From a virus (Duplodnaviria > Heunggongvirae > Uroviricota > Caudoviricetes): a stretch of 64,000 nt of DNA. A program made the translations under genes and the position numbers. A model generated the notes under the pieces. The model was given only the letters and a program-made list of their open reading frames with translations. It was not told where the DNA came from and ran no database searches. Position 1 is the stretch's first letter. Each line of letters starts with the position of its first letter. This document shows positions 27,561 to 36,843 of the stretch, in pieces. The stretch lies in the IMG/VR virus record IMGVR_UViG_3300000517_000001; one strand, given 5' to 3'.

Positions 27561-29327
27561 TTACCAAGATCTTAGAGGACCGACATCATAATGATTGAAC
27601 GTTGAGTAACTTCCAAATCCACCAAATCCAGCAGCACGCATTTGCCTCGTAAATTCATTTAATGCAATAGAGTTGATTCCCACTGTTCGAATATCAAGTG
27701 CTTCACCTCGTATATGACGTGAATTAACAGCAACTCCACTATTTTCTTGAACAACTCTAAGGTACCAATTGTAATAAGGACTGCGGTATGCGCTATTAAT
27801 TGTGAGCTCAGGTAAATCAAATCCTGCAGCTTTAGTAGCATCAATTGCTCTAATCAATCTTACCCATACACCAATCTTTACTTTACCCCAGCCAGCATCA
27901 ACAATACCACCATCAAAACCAAGATCATAATGATAGTTCTCATCTTGTCTAAAGTACTTTTGATGCTCTGGATCAGTTTTGTTATTTTTAAACCAACCTT
28001 GAGACTTTTGTCCCATAGTCGGCACATTTGATCCTCTAAAGGTAAAATATCCAATGAGACCGGTTTGTGATATTTGATCAAGAAGATCACGCTCTTTTTG
28101 TGTTAAATCATCAGGAAGATACTGCTGACCTGGGTTAGCTCTATTCCAAACGTCAGCACCTGCGCTTCTACTAATATCACGCTGACGTGGCGGAACTCTA
28201 AGAGCACCTGAAGTAGAAAGTGTACTTCTCATATTGCTAGAAAAGCTTGATGCAAAGTTATGTGTATCAGTATAAGAAGAAACAAGATTTGCTAAATTAT
28301 TAACAGGCTTATTCATAATCGAATTAATTAGCTCTGATATCTTACAGGCCTTAAGTAGGAAAAAGTTTAACACATCAGGAACTACATCTTCAAATTGATT
28401 AATCGCCTTTTTAAAGAATGCTCTAATATCATCCTTAAGTCTATTCATATTTTCAGCAGAAAAGAAGTTTTTTACTTGTTTGATTTTCTTGTTAATAAAA
28501 TTATAAGCGGCTTTTGGTAATTCACCAATCTCATTAAACAATCTTTTTGCGGTGTCAGCAATACCTTTAACCTTTTGTAATAAAGAATCCTTTACTCGAT
28601 CAACAATACTAATAAGCTGATTTTGAAATGATTCAAGAGTAGACATTAATGAAGATATAATGCCACTTAGAGAACCATACTTTTGAATATCATTAAGAAT
28701 ATTTGAAATATTTCCGGCTAAACCTTGAATACCGCGAATAAGATCAGTAAATGTTTGTGCAACACCAAGAATCTTTTTAAACGGATCAATAAAGCTCGCA
28801 CACAGATTTTCATTAAACTCATTAGCATTAAAGTAATTATTTTGAATACTTAAAAGCGCATTAAGATTTTCTGAATTACTAGAGCTAATAATTTCTTGAC
28901 GATCATAGCCACTATCTACTAACGAATCAATTAACTCGTTTCTTGTTGCATTATCTATTTCAATTGGAAAATCGTTAATAAAAGTCGTTTGTACAAAATC
29001 AATAGATAGTCCAGATGATATTAAAATATCACCAAAAACTGCTTCAGAAATAGGAGAAATAGAGCCTTCTGATATTTCTATGGTAGAAACTTGAGAGTCG
29101 GAAAGATTTGTTAATGTTTCTGAATTAAACGCACTCTTCCTTACTGCTTGATTAAGCGCAGGATAAGGTGTTAAATCTACATTCTGTAAAAGCGTATTAT
29201 TTAATGTTGATACTGTTCTCAGCTCATTTAAATCAAATCTACTTAAAGGATCGTTAAGTTGTGTTATGTCAACTGTACTATCAGCAACTAAAGCTGATGT
29301 AGGATATATTGGTTTACATACTGCCAT
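27561..29327 (-). CDS. baseplate protein with C-terminal M15-type peptidase domain
   Basis: C-terminal INSAYRSPYYN...NSRHIRGEALDI fits the zinc D-Ala-D-Ala carboxypeptidase motifs (S.YRS...N, SxHxxGxAxD). The N-terminal ~450 aa are coiled/structural. Confidence 0.6.
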   Translation of the reverse strand: MAVCKPIYPTSALVADSTVDITQLNDPLSRFDLNELRTVSTLNNTLLQNVDLTPYPALNQAVRKSAFNSETLTNLSDSQVSTIEISEGSISPISEAVFGDILISSGLSIDFVQTTFINDFPIEIDNATRNELIDSLVDSGYDRQEIISSSNSENLNALLSIQNNYFNANEFNENLCASFIDPFKKILGVAQTFTDLIRGIQGLAGNISNILNDIQKYGSLSGIISSLMSTLESFQNQLISIVDRVKDSLLQKVKGIADTAKRLFNEIGELPKAAYNFINKKIKQVKNFFSAENMNRLKDDIRAFFKKAINQFEDVVPDVLNFFLLKACKISELINSIMNKPVNNLANLVSSYTDTHNFASSFSSNMRSTLSTSGALRVPPRQRDISRSAGADVWNRANPGQQYLPDDLTQKERDLLDQISQTGLIGYFTFRGSNVPTMGQKSQGWFKNNKTDPEHQKYFRQDENYHYDLGFDGGIVDAGWGKVKIGVWVRLIRAIDATKAAGFDLPELTINSAYRSPYYNWYLRVVQENSGVAVNSRHIRGEALDIRTVGINSIALNEFTRQMRAAGFGGFGSYSTFNHYDVGPLRSW

Positions 29328-29329
29328 TC

Positions 29330-30661
29330 TTATACCTCCACAGATTCATCAGAATCGAATGCACCAATTTGACTTGTAGTCGACTCTACTTCAGAGCTAA
29401 TATTTGTAACTTCTCTTTCAACAGGAGTATCGATTTCAGGTGCCTTTGTTGATTCAGGTGTTTTACTTCCGGCTGTTGCAGTAGTAGAAAGACCACTGTT
29501 AAGATATACTTCAGAACCATCTCCTGCAATGATACCACCTGATGTTAAATAGAGATTACCGCCAGCAGAGTTGTATGTACGAGATCCAGAGTTTTTATGA
29601 AGCTCAGATTGTGTGTTTAAGAACATATTGCCAGTGGAATATCCACTTAATATACCATCAGATGTTAGAAACATATCAGAACCAGACTTTAAGCTGAGAT
29701 TATTGCCAGCATCAATCTTGATCTTTTGAGCTGATTTCAAATTAAAGTGTTCTGATGTTGCAGCAAGAGACATACGCTGTGCACCCATTTCAAAGCTTTC
29801 GCCAGCAGTTATACTCATCTTACCCCCAACATTGAGATTGTAATCACCTTTGACTGTATGATTCATATCACCGTTTACTTGAAGAGTAACGTTCTTACAT
29901 TCGAGTGCATATGCACCTTCAATATGAACTGTTCTAGAACCAGCAGTTGCTTCCATCATATGACCTTCACTGTAGTAGTGAGAATCGCCAAACGATTTAA
30001 TCTTAATGTTACCACTAGAATCGATTTGCATATGAGAACCAGATTCATGAGATATTACAATGAACTCTTCATCTTCTGCAATTTGGATATATGAGTTACT
30101 GTTACGGCTTTTCCATACCATATTTTTATGTGGCTCGGTTGCTGCCGGAACTCCAGGTTCTTCAATAGAAGGAGCAGAAGGAGTATTATCATCTTGCCCA
30201 GCGATTTGCTTTGCCGTTTGTGCAGAACCAAAAATCATCTTAGCTGCATTTTGTAAAACAAGCTGAGTTGTTTCAAGATCTTCACCAGCCATAATTTTAC
30301 CAAGTGGAGGAATACCATACTGACGTAAAGCTTCAATAGAAAGATAGTCATCGGAGCTTCCTGTCCCACCTGGTAGCTCTAAGTTTTGACCAGGAATAAT
30401 ACCAAGAACGATAGGATGTTGAGCATCTCTTCCATCAATAAAGCAACCAAATACCCAATCTCCTGGCGCAGGTGTATTCACACCATAACCAAGATTCAGC
30501 ACAGGAGCCCAAGGTAAATCTTCTGTAGGAACAAGATTTCTATCAGGTGAATGAATACCATAAGCTCGAACACGTACACGCCCTTGCTTGATAGCATCGT
30601 CATTTTTATCTACTGCTCCGACGTACCAAAGTACGTTATCAAATCCGTTAGATGAAATCAT
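29330..30661 (-). CDS. central spike protein gp5-like (OB-fold plus beta-helix, no lysozyme domain)
   Basis: N-terminal GRVRVRAYGIHSP OB-fold signature. C-terminal short beta-helix repeats (SGSHMQIDSSGNIKIKS...). Confidence 0.65.
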   Translation of the reverse strand: MISSNGFDNVLWYVGAVDKNDDAIKQGRVRVRAYGIHSPDRNLVPTEDLPWAPVLNLGYGVNTPAPGDWVFGCFIDGRDAQHPIVLGIIPGQNLELPGGTGSSDDYLSIEALRQYGIPPLGKIMAGEDLETTQLVLQNAAKMIFGSAQTAKQIAGQDDNTPSAPSIEEPGVPAATEPHKNMVWKSRNSNSYIQIAEDEEFIVISHESGSHMQIDSSGNIKIKSFGDSHYYSEGHMMEATAGSRTVHIEGAYALECKNVTLQVNGDMNHTVKGDYNLNVGGKMSITAGESFEMGAQRMSLAATSEHFNLKSAQKIKIDAGNNLSLKSGSDMFLTSDGILSGYSTGNMFLNTQSELHKNSGSRTYNSAGGNLYLTSGGIIAGDGSEVYLNSGLSTTATAGSKTPESTKAPEIDTPVEREVTNISSEVESTTSQIGAFDSDESVEV

Positions 30662-32601
30662 TAACTATTCCTTCTCAATGTATCATTATATGTTGCAATT
30701 GAATCCGCTCTTAGGTTTGAATACTGCCATGCTTCCCATGTTGGTCCAAGATGTGATAGCACTCGATTGTCTAGGCCATTTGCAGCAATATAAGAATCAT
30801 ATGTTGAGAACCCATCAAGTGCTCCATAAGACTGATATCTTTGCCTAATCAGCTTAAGTGCTGCTCTATCTTGATTCTCTGGTGTCATTGGAACGTTAAC
30901 ACCGTTATTCATATCCAACCATGTTCCGTAAGTAAACTGATATCTACCTGCAGCCGTACTTGTACCACCTGGTCCAATAGTATTTGGATGGGGTTTAGTA
31001 GTATCAAACGAAGATCCGCCATTAAGAACAGCATAGTCACCGTTTGACTCCCGAGCTGCAATTGCATTCAGTGTAGCCTTTTCTTCCGCAGTTAATCCTG
31101 CTGCTGCGGGATCAGTAGTAATTTGAGGTGTGCCAGTAGATAAAGTGCCTTCACCAGGTCCTCTAACATTTCCGGCGCCAGGTGCAGAAGTCCCACCACT
31201 CTCGGTATAAACACTTTCAGTTTGTGGACCATTTTCATAAGAATCTGCGCGTTCTGGTTGGCCATAAATACCGCTACGAGAAATCATAAGCTCTTGTATA
31301 AACTGATCACCACGAAAAATGTTTTCAATTGATTCAATTACATAACGGCCTGATCTTTCAATATCTATTTCACGATCTTCTTGATAGTTAATATCATACA
31401 ATTTAAGTTCTATAAGATCACCAACTGTAATCTCATTTCTACCGTAAATGGTTACTTTAACCATTTCATTTTGATGATGATATAGATTGACATTCTTTTG
31501 ATTATAAGCTTTTGGATAAAATGTATCAGGTCTTAAATAATCCGGATCAGAGAATGTTTGTTCAGGATTCTTGTAATCTTTGAATACAAGAGTCTCAAGA
31601 GGATCATTCATATGTTCATCAACAAAATCTTTAGTATGTTTTGAACGAGTAGTATTATCACCGTCTGGATAACGATACTTTTGATATTCATCAAGATGGC
31701 GGTATTCAGTATATAGTGGAGTACGATTTAAAAAGTCAAGTTCAGTGGTAAGCTTATAATAAGCGCCATTACTCATATCTTGAATAGTATTAACATAGTT
31801 TGGATACTCGATATCAATGAGTGTCGACATCATTCGCAATTGACCATCTGGACTTTGATCAGCAAATTCTGATCTTACAAAAATTGGAACTCCACCTTCT
31901 CGATCTAGCTCTCCGCTAAACAATTCATAATCGTCTATAACCCAGCCAATAGTGCCAAAGTAAAATCCATCTTTAGATTCAAAGAAACGATATGTTTGAG
32001 ATGCATATAGTTCATTTCCAGATATGGCTTTGCGAGTAAAGAAATGCATAGTTTCTTCTGCAGTGTAGTTTGGCACTACAAGCTTTTGATCACCATCTGT
32101 TTCTTGTACAAAAAACTCTTTATCTGATTCAAAGTAATCATTAAATACCGTATTAGCAAATTGGCTAATTGGCGCGCCGCTAAATGATCGGCGAATAGAT
32201 ACCCTATCCCCATAGAACTTTTCTTTTGAAACGAAAAAAATGTCATATTCATATACATTGTCTTTGTTTCCACTTGCAATCTTTACATTTGATATTGCAT
32301 ACAAGAAAAACTTAAGTGTAATACTATTTTGAAAGAAGTCAGTAATCTTAATTTCGATCTCTTCTTCACCTTTTAACCATCCATTTTTTTCGCCAATAAA
32401 TTCATCAAGAACACGATCAGAATCAAATACCTTAGCAGTACCTTGGATATATCCAGTACTCATTGACTCGGAAAAACTCCAAGTGTGAATAAGTCTCCAT
32501 ATATCTTTACTGTTTTCAGGGGTAGGAGTTTCTCCAAGCTTATAGATCTTGAAAGAATTTAAAACATATTCCCCAGCTTTACGTTTAAACGATTCCGTCA
32601 T
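30661..32601 (-). CDS. baseplate hub protein gp27-like with C-terminal lysozyme/lytic-transglycosylase-like domain
   Basis: 646 aa. C-terminal AIAARESNGDYAV...AAGRYQFTYGTW resembles the SLT/lysozyme-like catalytic region (E-S...GxxQ). Confidence 0.5.
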   Translation of the reverse strand: MTESFKRKAGEYVLNSFKIYKLGETPTPENSKDIWRLIHTWSFSESMSTGYIQGTAKVFDSDRVLDEFIGEKNGWLKGEEEIEIKITDFFQNSITLKFFLYAISNVKIASGNKDNVYEYDIFFVSKEKFYGDRVSIRRSFSGAPISQFANTVFNDYFESDKEFFVQETDGDQKLVVPNYTAEETMHFFTRKAISGNELYASQTYRFFESKDGFYFGTIGWVIDDYELFSGELDREGGVPIFVRSEFADQSPDGQLRMMSTLIDIEYPNYVNTIQDMSNGAYYKLTTELDFLNRTPLYTEYRHLDEYQKYRYPDGDNTTRSKHTKDFVDEHMNDPLETLVFKDYKNPEQTFSDPDYLRPDTFYPKAYNQKNVNLYHHQNEMVKVTIYGRNEITVGDLIELKLYDINYQEDREIDIERSGRYVIESIENIFRGDQFIQELMISRSGIYGQPERADSYENGPQTESVYTESGGTSAPGAGNVRGPGEGTLSTGTPQITTDPAAAGLTAEEKATLNAIAARESNGDYAVLNGGSSFDTTKPHPNTIGPGGTSTAAGRYQFTYGTWLDMNNGVNVPMTPENQDRAALKLIRQRYQSYGALDGFSTYDSYIAANGLDNRVLSHLGPTWEAWQYSNLRADSIATYNDTLRRNS

Positions 32602-33151
32602 TCAATAAATCTTTCAATTGCTCTTCTGCTCTTTTAGCATACTTCTTATCAACCAATTCTATAGTTCTTCGGTCATCATTTAAACGAGATTCATAATCAT
32701 AATATCTTACTGCAGACCAATCACCTTCAACAAGATTTGGATCAAGTGTGTAAGTGTCTGGTGAAATAATATCACCTTCAGCATTTGTGTAATGAATGAT
32801 ATTTTCGGTGATATTTGTATTTTGTGTCCAAGCAATAACTGCATCACCAGTTGTATTTGCTTGTGTTTGATACTTATCAATGATATATTTATCAAACTGT
32901 CTTGTGTTGAGTGGCCATTGGAAATATGGATCAATCATTCCAACTGACAAATAAACAAGCCAAGTATATCTTACACTATCATAGTAATAGTAAGCTATGT
33001 CTTCTGGTCTTTCTTCACTTTGAATGGTATATGGAAGAAATACGTATGGGTCATTTAAAATAGATTTACTAAAATCTACTCTTCTCGTAATATCTTTTAC
33101 AAGCTCACCGGTGTGAGTGACATTAGGAAAGTTTTGAAAATATACAGCCAT
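32585..33151 (-). CDS. baseplate wedge protein gp53-like
   Basis: RPEDIAYYYYDSVRYTWLVYLSVGMIDPYFQWPL aligns with T4 gp53 RPEELANAIYGNPQLYWVLLMCNDNYDPYYGWI. Similar length (188 vs 196 aa). Confidence 0.55.
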   Translation of the reverse strand: MAVYFQNFPNVTHTGELVKDITRRVDFSKSILNDPYVFLPYTIQSEERPEDIAYYYYDSVRYTWLVYLSVGMIDPYFQWPLNTRQFDKYIIDKYQTQANTTGDAVIAWTQNTNITENIIHYTNAEGDIISPDTYTLDPNLVEGDWSAVRYYDYESRLNDDRRTIELVDKKYAKRAEEQLKDLLNDGIV

Positions 33152-34080
33152 TAACGTGGTCCCTCACCTGATGTATTTGGATCATAGTAACCATTATAAG
33201 GCGTGCTTCTATTGGCAGAGCTTGAACCTGATGTTCTGATTTGAGCTTCTTGGAATGTAAATGAAAGATTCACAATAGCTGGCTTACCACCCTCTACAAG
33301 AACATTTCCTTGTGGTGTATAATCAACAGTAAAGTTACTAATCATTCCAGGTCTTAGTTGTGGAAAGTATTCTTTTGCTACACCATTGAGACGAATCTTT
33401 GCGATGTCTGGATATTTTAAAATAGCTCTTTCGAGGCCAGGCGCATCTCCAAATCCTACAGTTTTTGGTAGAATATGCGATTTAATTTTCGCAATTATGT
33501 TTTTTAATAAATCAGATTCTTCAGCATTACGAGGTGCAAGTTGCCAACTAAATGTAAATTCCTTAAGACCAACACCATCAAAGTTAAGAGTTGTATGAGG
33601 GTTGATAGCTGTGCCTGTAGCTACATCAGCAGCAAGACTTAATTCGGGCGATAATGATAATAGATTTCGTGCAGCAAAACCAAGATAATCAGAATATACA
33701 CTAAAATTACCAGAAGCAATGTTATCAGCAACACTTGCACCAGCTTGTTGTGCACCTTTAAGTGCATTTGATATTTTTTGATCTAAGCCACCGTCTGTAG
33801 CAGAACTAAATGCTCCAACGGCGAAAGCTCCGCCAGAACCAAGTTGTCCTGCTCCGATATCAATACTATCAACGTCTACGAGTTGTTGAGGAAGAGGTAA
33901 AATAATTGCAGTTGTTGATCGACCAGATTGGTTTACACGCGAAAATGTTGCATTATAAGAATAACGCATAAAGTCTAATACTAAAGCGTTTGGACCTAAG
34001 TCTCTTGGAAAACGATACAAGCCGAAATTCGTATCTTCTCGTTTTGTTCTCATTTCGACTGCGACTGGGTTGGACGCCAT
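33151..34080 (-). CDS. baseplate/tail-tube-associated structural protein (309 aa)
   Basis: First gene of the baseplate operon, downstream of a late promoter. Gly/Ala-rich. Confidence 0.4.
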   Translation of the reverse strand: MASNPVAVEMRTKREDTNFGLYRFPRDLGPNALVLDFMRYSYNATFSRVNQSGRSTTAIILPLPQQLVDVDSIDIGAGQLGSGGAFAVGAFSSATDGGLDQKISNALKGAQQAGASVADNIASGNFSVYSDYLGFAARNLLSLSPELSLAADVATGTAINPHTTLNFDGVGLKEFTFSWQLAPRNAEESDLLKNIIAKIKSHILPKTVGFGDAPGLERAILKYPDIAKIRLNGVAKEYFPQLRPGMISNFTVDYTPQGNVLVEGGKPAIVNLSFTFQEAQIRTSGSSSANRSTPYNGYYDPNTSGEGPR

Positions 34081-34092
34081 ATTAATGACCTC

Positions 34093-34100
34093 TATAAATA
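34093..34100 (+). promoter_or_regulatory. T4-type late promoter TATAAATA (rightward)
   Basis: Plus-strand tataaata 39 nt upstream of the gp4-like start at 34139. Confidence 0.45.
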
Positions 34101-34117
34101 ATTGTTGAACTTATTTC

Positions 34118-34125
34118 TATTTATA
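34118..34125 (-). promoter_or_regulatory. T4-type late promoter TATAAATA (leftward)
   Basis: Plus-strand tatttata (minus-strand TATAAATA) 38 nt upstream of the minus-strand start at 34080. Divergent pair with 34093. Confidence 0.45.
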
Positions 34126-34138
34126 TTGAAAAGAAGAA

Positions 34139-34579
34139 ATGGCATATAAAGGCAGATTTAAACCAAAAAATCCCAAAAAGTATATGGGTGATCCGACCAA
34201 TATTATTTATCGGTCGAGATGGGAGCTATTGCTTATGTCGTACTGTGACCGTCATCCTCATGTTGTCCAATGGGCATCTGAAGAAGTCGTGATTCCATAT
34301 CGTAGTCCTATAGATGGTCGCATCCACAGATACTTTCCTGATTTTCTAGTAAAGCGTATAAATAAAAAAGGAATAAAGGAAACAATTCTAATAGAGGTAA
34401 AGCCCGAGTACCAAACAGTACCGCCTCAAGTACAAAGTAGTAAGACTCAAAGATACTTGAACGAAGTAAAAACATGGGGTGTTAATGAAGCAAAGTGGAA
34501 AGCAGCTCGTGAGTATTGTAAAGATCGTGGTTGGAAATTCGAAATATTTACCGAAAAACATTTAGGACTTAAGAAGTAA
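34139..34579 (+). CDS. head completion protein gp4-like, PD-(D/E)XK nuclease fold
   Basis: 146 aa. IIYRSRWELLLM...EEVVIPYRSPIDG...DF...ILIEVKP gives a D..E.K nuclease motif. Position divergent from gp53 as in T4. Confidence 0.5.
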   Translation: MAYKGRFKPKNPKKYMGDPTNIIYRSRWELLLMSYCDRHPHVVQWASEEVVIPYRSPIDGRIHRYFPDFLVKRINKKGIKETILIEVKPEYQTVPPQVQSSKTQRYLNEVKTWGVNEAKWKAAREYCKDRGWKFEIFTEKHLGLKK

Positions 34580-35166
34580 TGGCAATTCTTTTCGACGAAA
34601 TTCTTACTAAAGGTGTTCGAGCAGGACAAATACCTGCACGCGAACAAAAAGCACGTGAGTGGTATCGTGACGTCGCAAAAGATTTTCGAAAAGTAAATGA
34701 ATCCGAATTAATGCGCGGTGATAAGTCAAGACTTACTGCACAGCCACAGGTTGGTTCGATGTACATGTTTTATTATGATGCTAAACACAAAGATACATTG
34801 CCATATTGGGATAGATTCCCATTAATTTTTCCATTTAAGAAAGTACAGGGCGGGTTTCTTGGAATCAATCTCCATTATCTTCCACATCCTCTCCGTGCTA
34901 AACTTATGGATTCACTATATGATCTTACAACAAATGAAAGATACGACGAAAGAACAAAATTGAAACTCAGCTATGATGTATTGAACAGTGCAAGTCGTTT
35001 TAGATACTTTAAGCCATGTGTCAAACATTATCTTACAGGCCAACTCAAAAGTCGTTTTCTTTATGTATATCCATCTGAGTGGGATATTGCTATGTTCCTT
35101 CCCCTCGAAAGATTTGAAGGCGCGGGAAAACGCAAGGTTTGGTCAGATTCAAGGAAAGCAATCTAA
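34579..35166 (+). CDS. hypothetical virion-assembly protein (195 aa)
   Basis: ATG overlaps the stop of the gp4-like gene. No motif recognised. Confidence 0.4.
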   Translation: MAILFDEILTKGVRAGQIPAREQKAREWYRDVAKDFRKVNESELMRGDKSRLTAQPQVGSMYMFYYDAKHKDTLPYWDRFPLIFPFKKVQGGFLGINLHYLPHPLRAKLMDSLYDLTTNERYDERTKLKLSYDVLNSASRFRYFKPCVKHYLTGQLKSRFLYVYPSEWDIAMFLPLERFEGAGKRKVWSDSRKAI

Positions 35167-35942
35167 TGTCGTTCAATATCTCAGAGTTTAGTTCTAAGCT
35201 AAATAAGTATGGACTTTCAAGAGACAACTTATTTCTTGTCACTATCACACCACCTGATCTTGGTGTTGATATGCCTGCACAAGACTTAAGATTCTTTTGC
35301 AATAGCGTTAACCTTCCGGCTCTTTCAATATCTGTTGCAGAAGTACAGACACAGGGATATGGTCTAGCTGAAAAGCGACCAACCGGCTTACCACTTGACA
35401 ATCTCAACACAGTATTTATGGTTGATTCTACTTATCGCGTAAAAGAATTCTTCCATCGTTGGGCTCAGAGCATCGTAAACTATGACAATAATCGTGGATA
35501 TAACTATGAATATAATCGTATGCTTCCTTATGAAACAGCATACAAAGATAGTTATGTTGGAACGATTGAAATCATTGTTTATTCTTATAATGAACGTGAT
35601 ATCAAATACGTATACAAATTTGGTAATGCGTACCCTGTCGCTCTTGGAGAGATTACCACATCATGGGAAAATAATGACAGTGTTATGGTGATGCCAGTAC
35701 AGTTTGCATACGATAAGTATCAAGTAGACGGGCTAGGTCAATCAGTAAAATCCAATCGTATCAATTCCAGCCGAGGCTTCGGCGGCGGTGGTGTAGGTGG
35801 TTTTGTTACATCACTTGGAAACTTTGGTCAAGCACTTGATGCAATTGGTATTGATACACCAATTCAAGATATCGTAAATCAGTATTCATCAGTAGCAAGC
35901 CGTATTAATAGCGGACTTGAAGCTGTAAGAGGAATTTTCTAA
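35139..35942 (+). CDS. tail-tube-family protein (gp19/gp48/gp54-like fold)
   Basis: N-terminal LSRDNLFLVTITPP matches the tail-tube ARPNLFQVEI signature. 267 aa. Confidence 0.5.
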   Translation: MVRFKESNLMSFNISEFSSKLNKYGLSRDNLFLVTITPPDLGVDMPAQDLRFFCNSVNLPALSISVAEVQTQGYGLAEKRPTGLPLDNLNTVFMVDSTYRVKEFFHRWAQSIVNYDNNRGYNYEYNRMLPYETAYKDSYVGTIEIIVYSYNERDIKYVYKFGNAYPVALGEITTSWENNDSVMVMPVQFAYDKYQVDGLGQSVKSNRINSSRGFGGGGVGGFVTSLGNFGQALDAIGIDTPIQDIVNQYSSVASRINSGLEAVRGIF

Positions 35943-35960
35943 ACAATATGGAGTTACACA

Positions 35961-36665
35961 ATGGGTTTACCTAAAATTCAACAACCGCTTTTTGAACTGA
36001 CAGTACCATCAACAGAGAAAAAAGTAAAGTACAGACCCTTTACGGTTAAAGAGGAGAAGATCCTTTTAATTGCTCAAGAGTCTAAGGACATTGATCAAGT
36101 GATTCTTGCTATCAAACAGATTATAGGTAATTGCGTTGAAGATGTTGATGTAGATACACTTGCAATGTTTGATCTTGAATATATGTTGATCAACATCCGT
36201 GCCAAATCTGTAAGCAACGAAATTGAGTTTGCGATTAAAGATCCTGACACTGATGAACGTATTGAAATGGCTTTAAATATTGAAGATATTCAAATTAAGC
36301 GAGATCCGAAACATAATAAACTCGTAAAGATCAATGATGATATTACTCTTGAAATGGCCTATCCAAGAATTGATCAACTTAAGAGTATTGCAGAAGTAAA
36401 TGAGAAAGATCGTGAAGTTGTATTGTTTGATATGATGATGGGTTGCATTAATTCAGTTGTACAAGGTGATCAAATTTACAAGCTTAAAGACTTTAGTGAA
36501 CAAGAGGTTGAAGAGTTTATCGGAAGTCTTTCATCGTCTAACATATCAGATATTAAAACATTCTTTGACACTATGCCGGTTCTTCGTTATGAAAAGAAAT
36601 ATAAGCTTAAAGACGGAACAGAAAAGACATTTGTCGCGGAGGGTACAGAGACTTTTTTTATCTAG
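35961..36665 (+). CDS. hypothetical structural protein (234 aa)
   Basis: Operon position between the tube-like and tape-measure-like genes. Confidence 0.4.
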   Translation: MGLPKIQQPLFELTVPSTEKKVKYRPFTVKEEKILLIAQESKDIDQVILAIKQIIGNCVEDVDVDTLAMFDLEYMLINIRAKSVSNEIEFAIKDPDTDERIEMALNIEDIQIKRDPKHNKLVKINDDITLEMAYPRIDQLKSIAEVNEKDREVVLFDMMMGCINSVVQGDQIYKLKDFSEQEVEEFIGSLSSSNISDIKTFFDTMPVLRYEKKYKLKDGTEKTFVAEGTETFFI

Positions 36666-36843
36666 CGCTGAGCCATACGAGCCTTCATGTTTATTATAAG
36701 AACGTTTTTGCTTTGGCTCAGCATCATAAATATCAAATAAGTGAGATAGAAAATCTGTTACCATTTGAACGAGACATTTATGTGGATATGCTTCTGGCAT
36801 ATATTGAAGAACAAAAAGAAAAGAATAAGTAGAGAGAAGTCAT

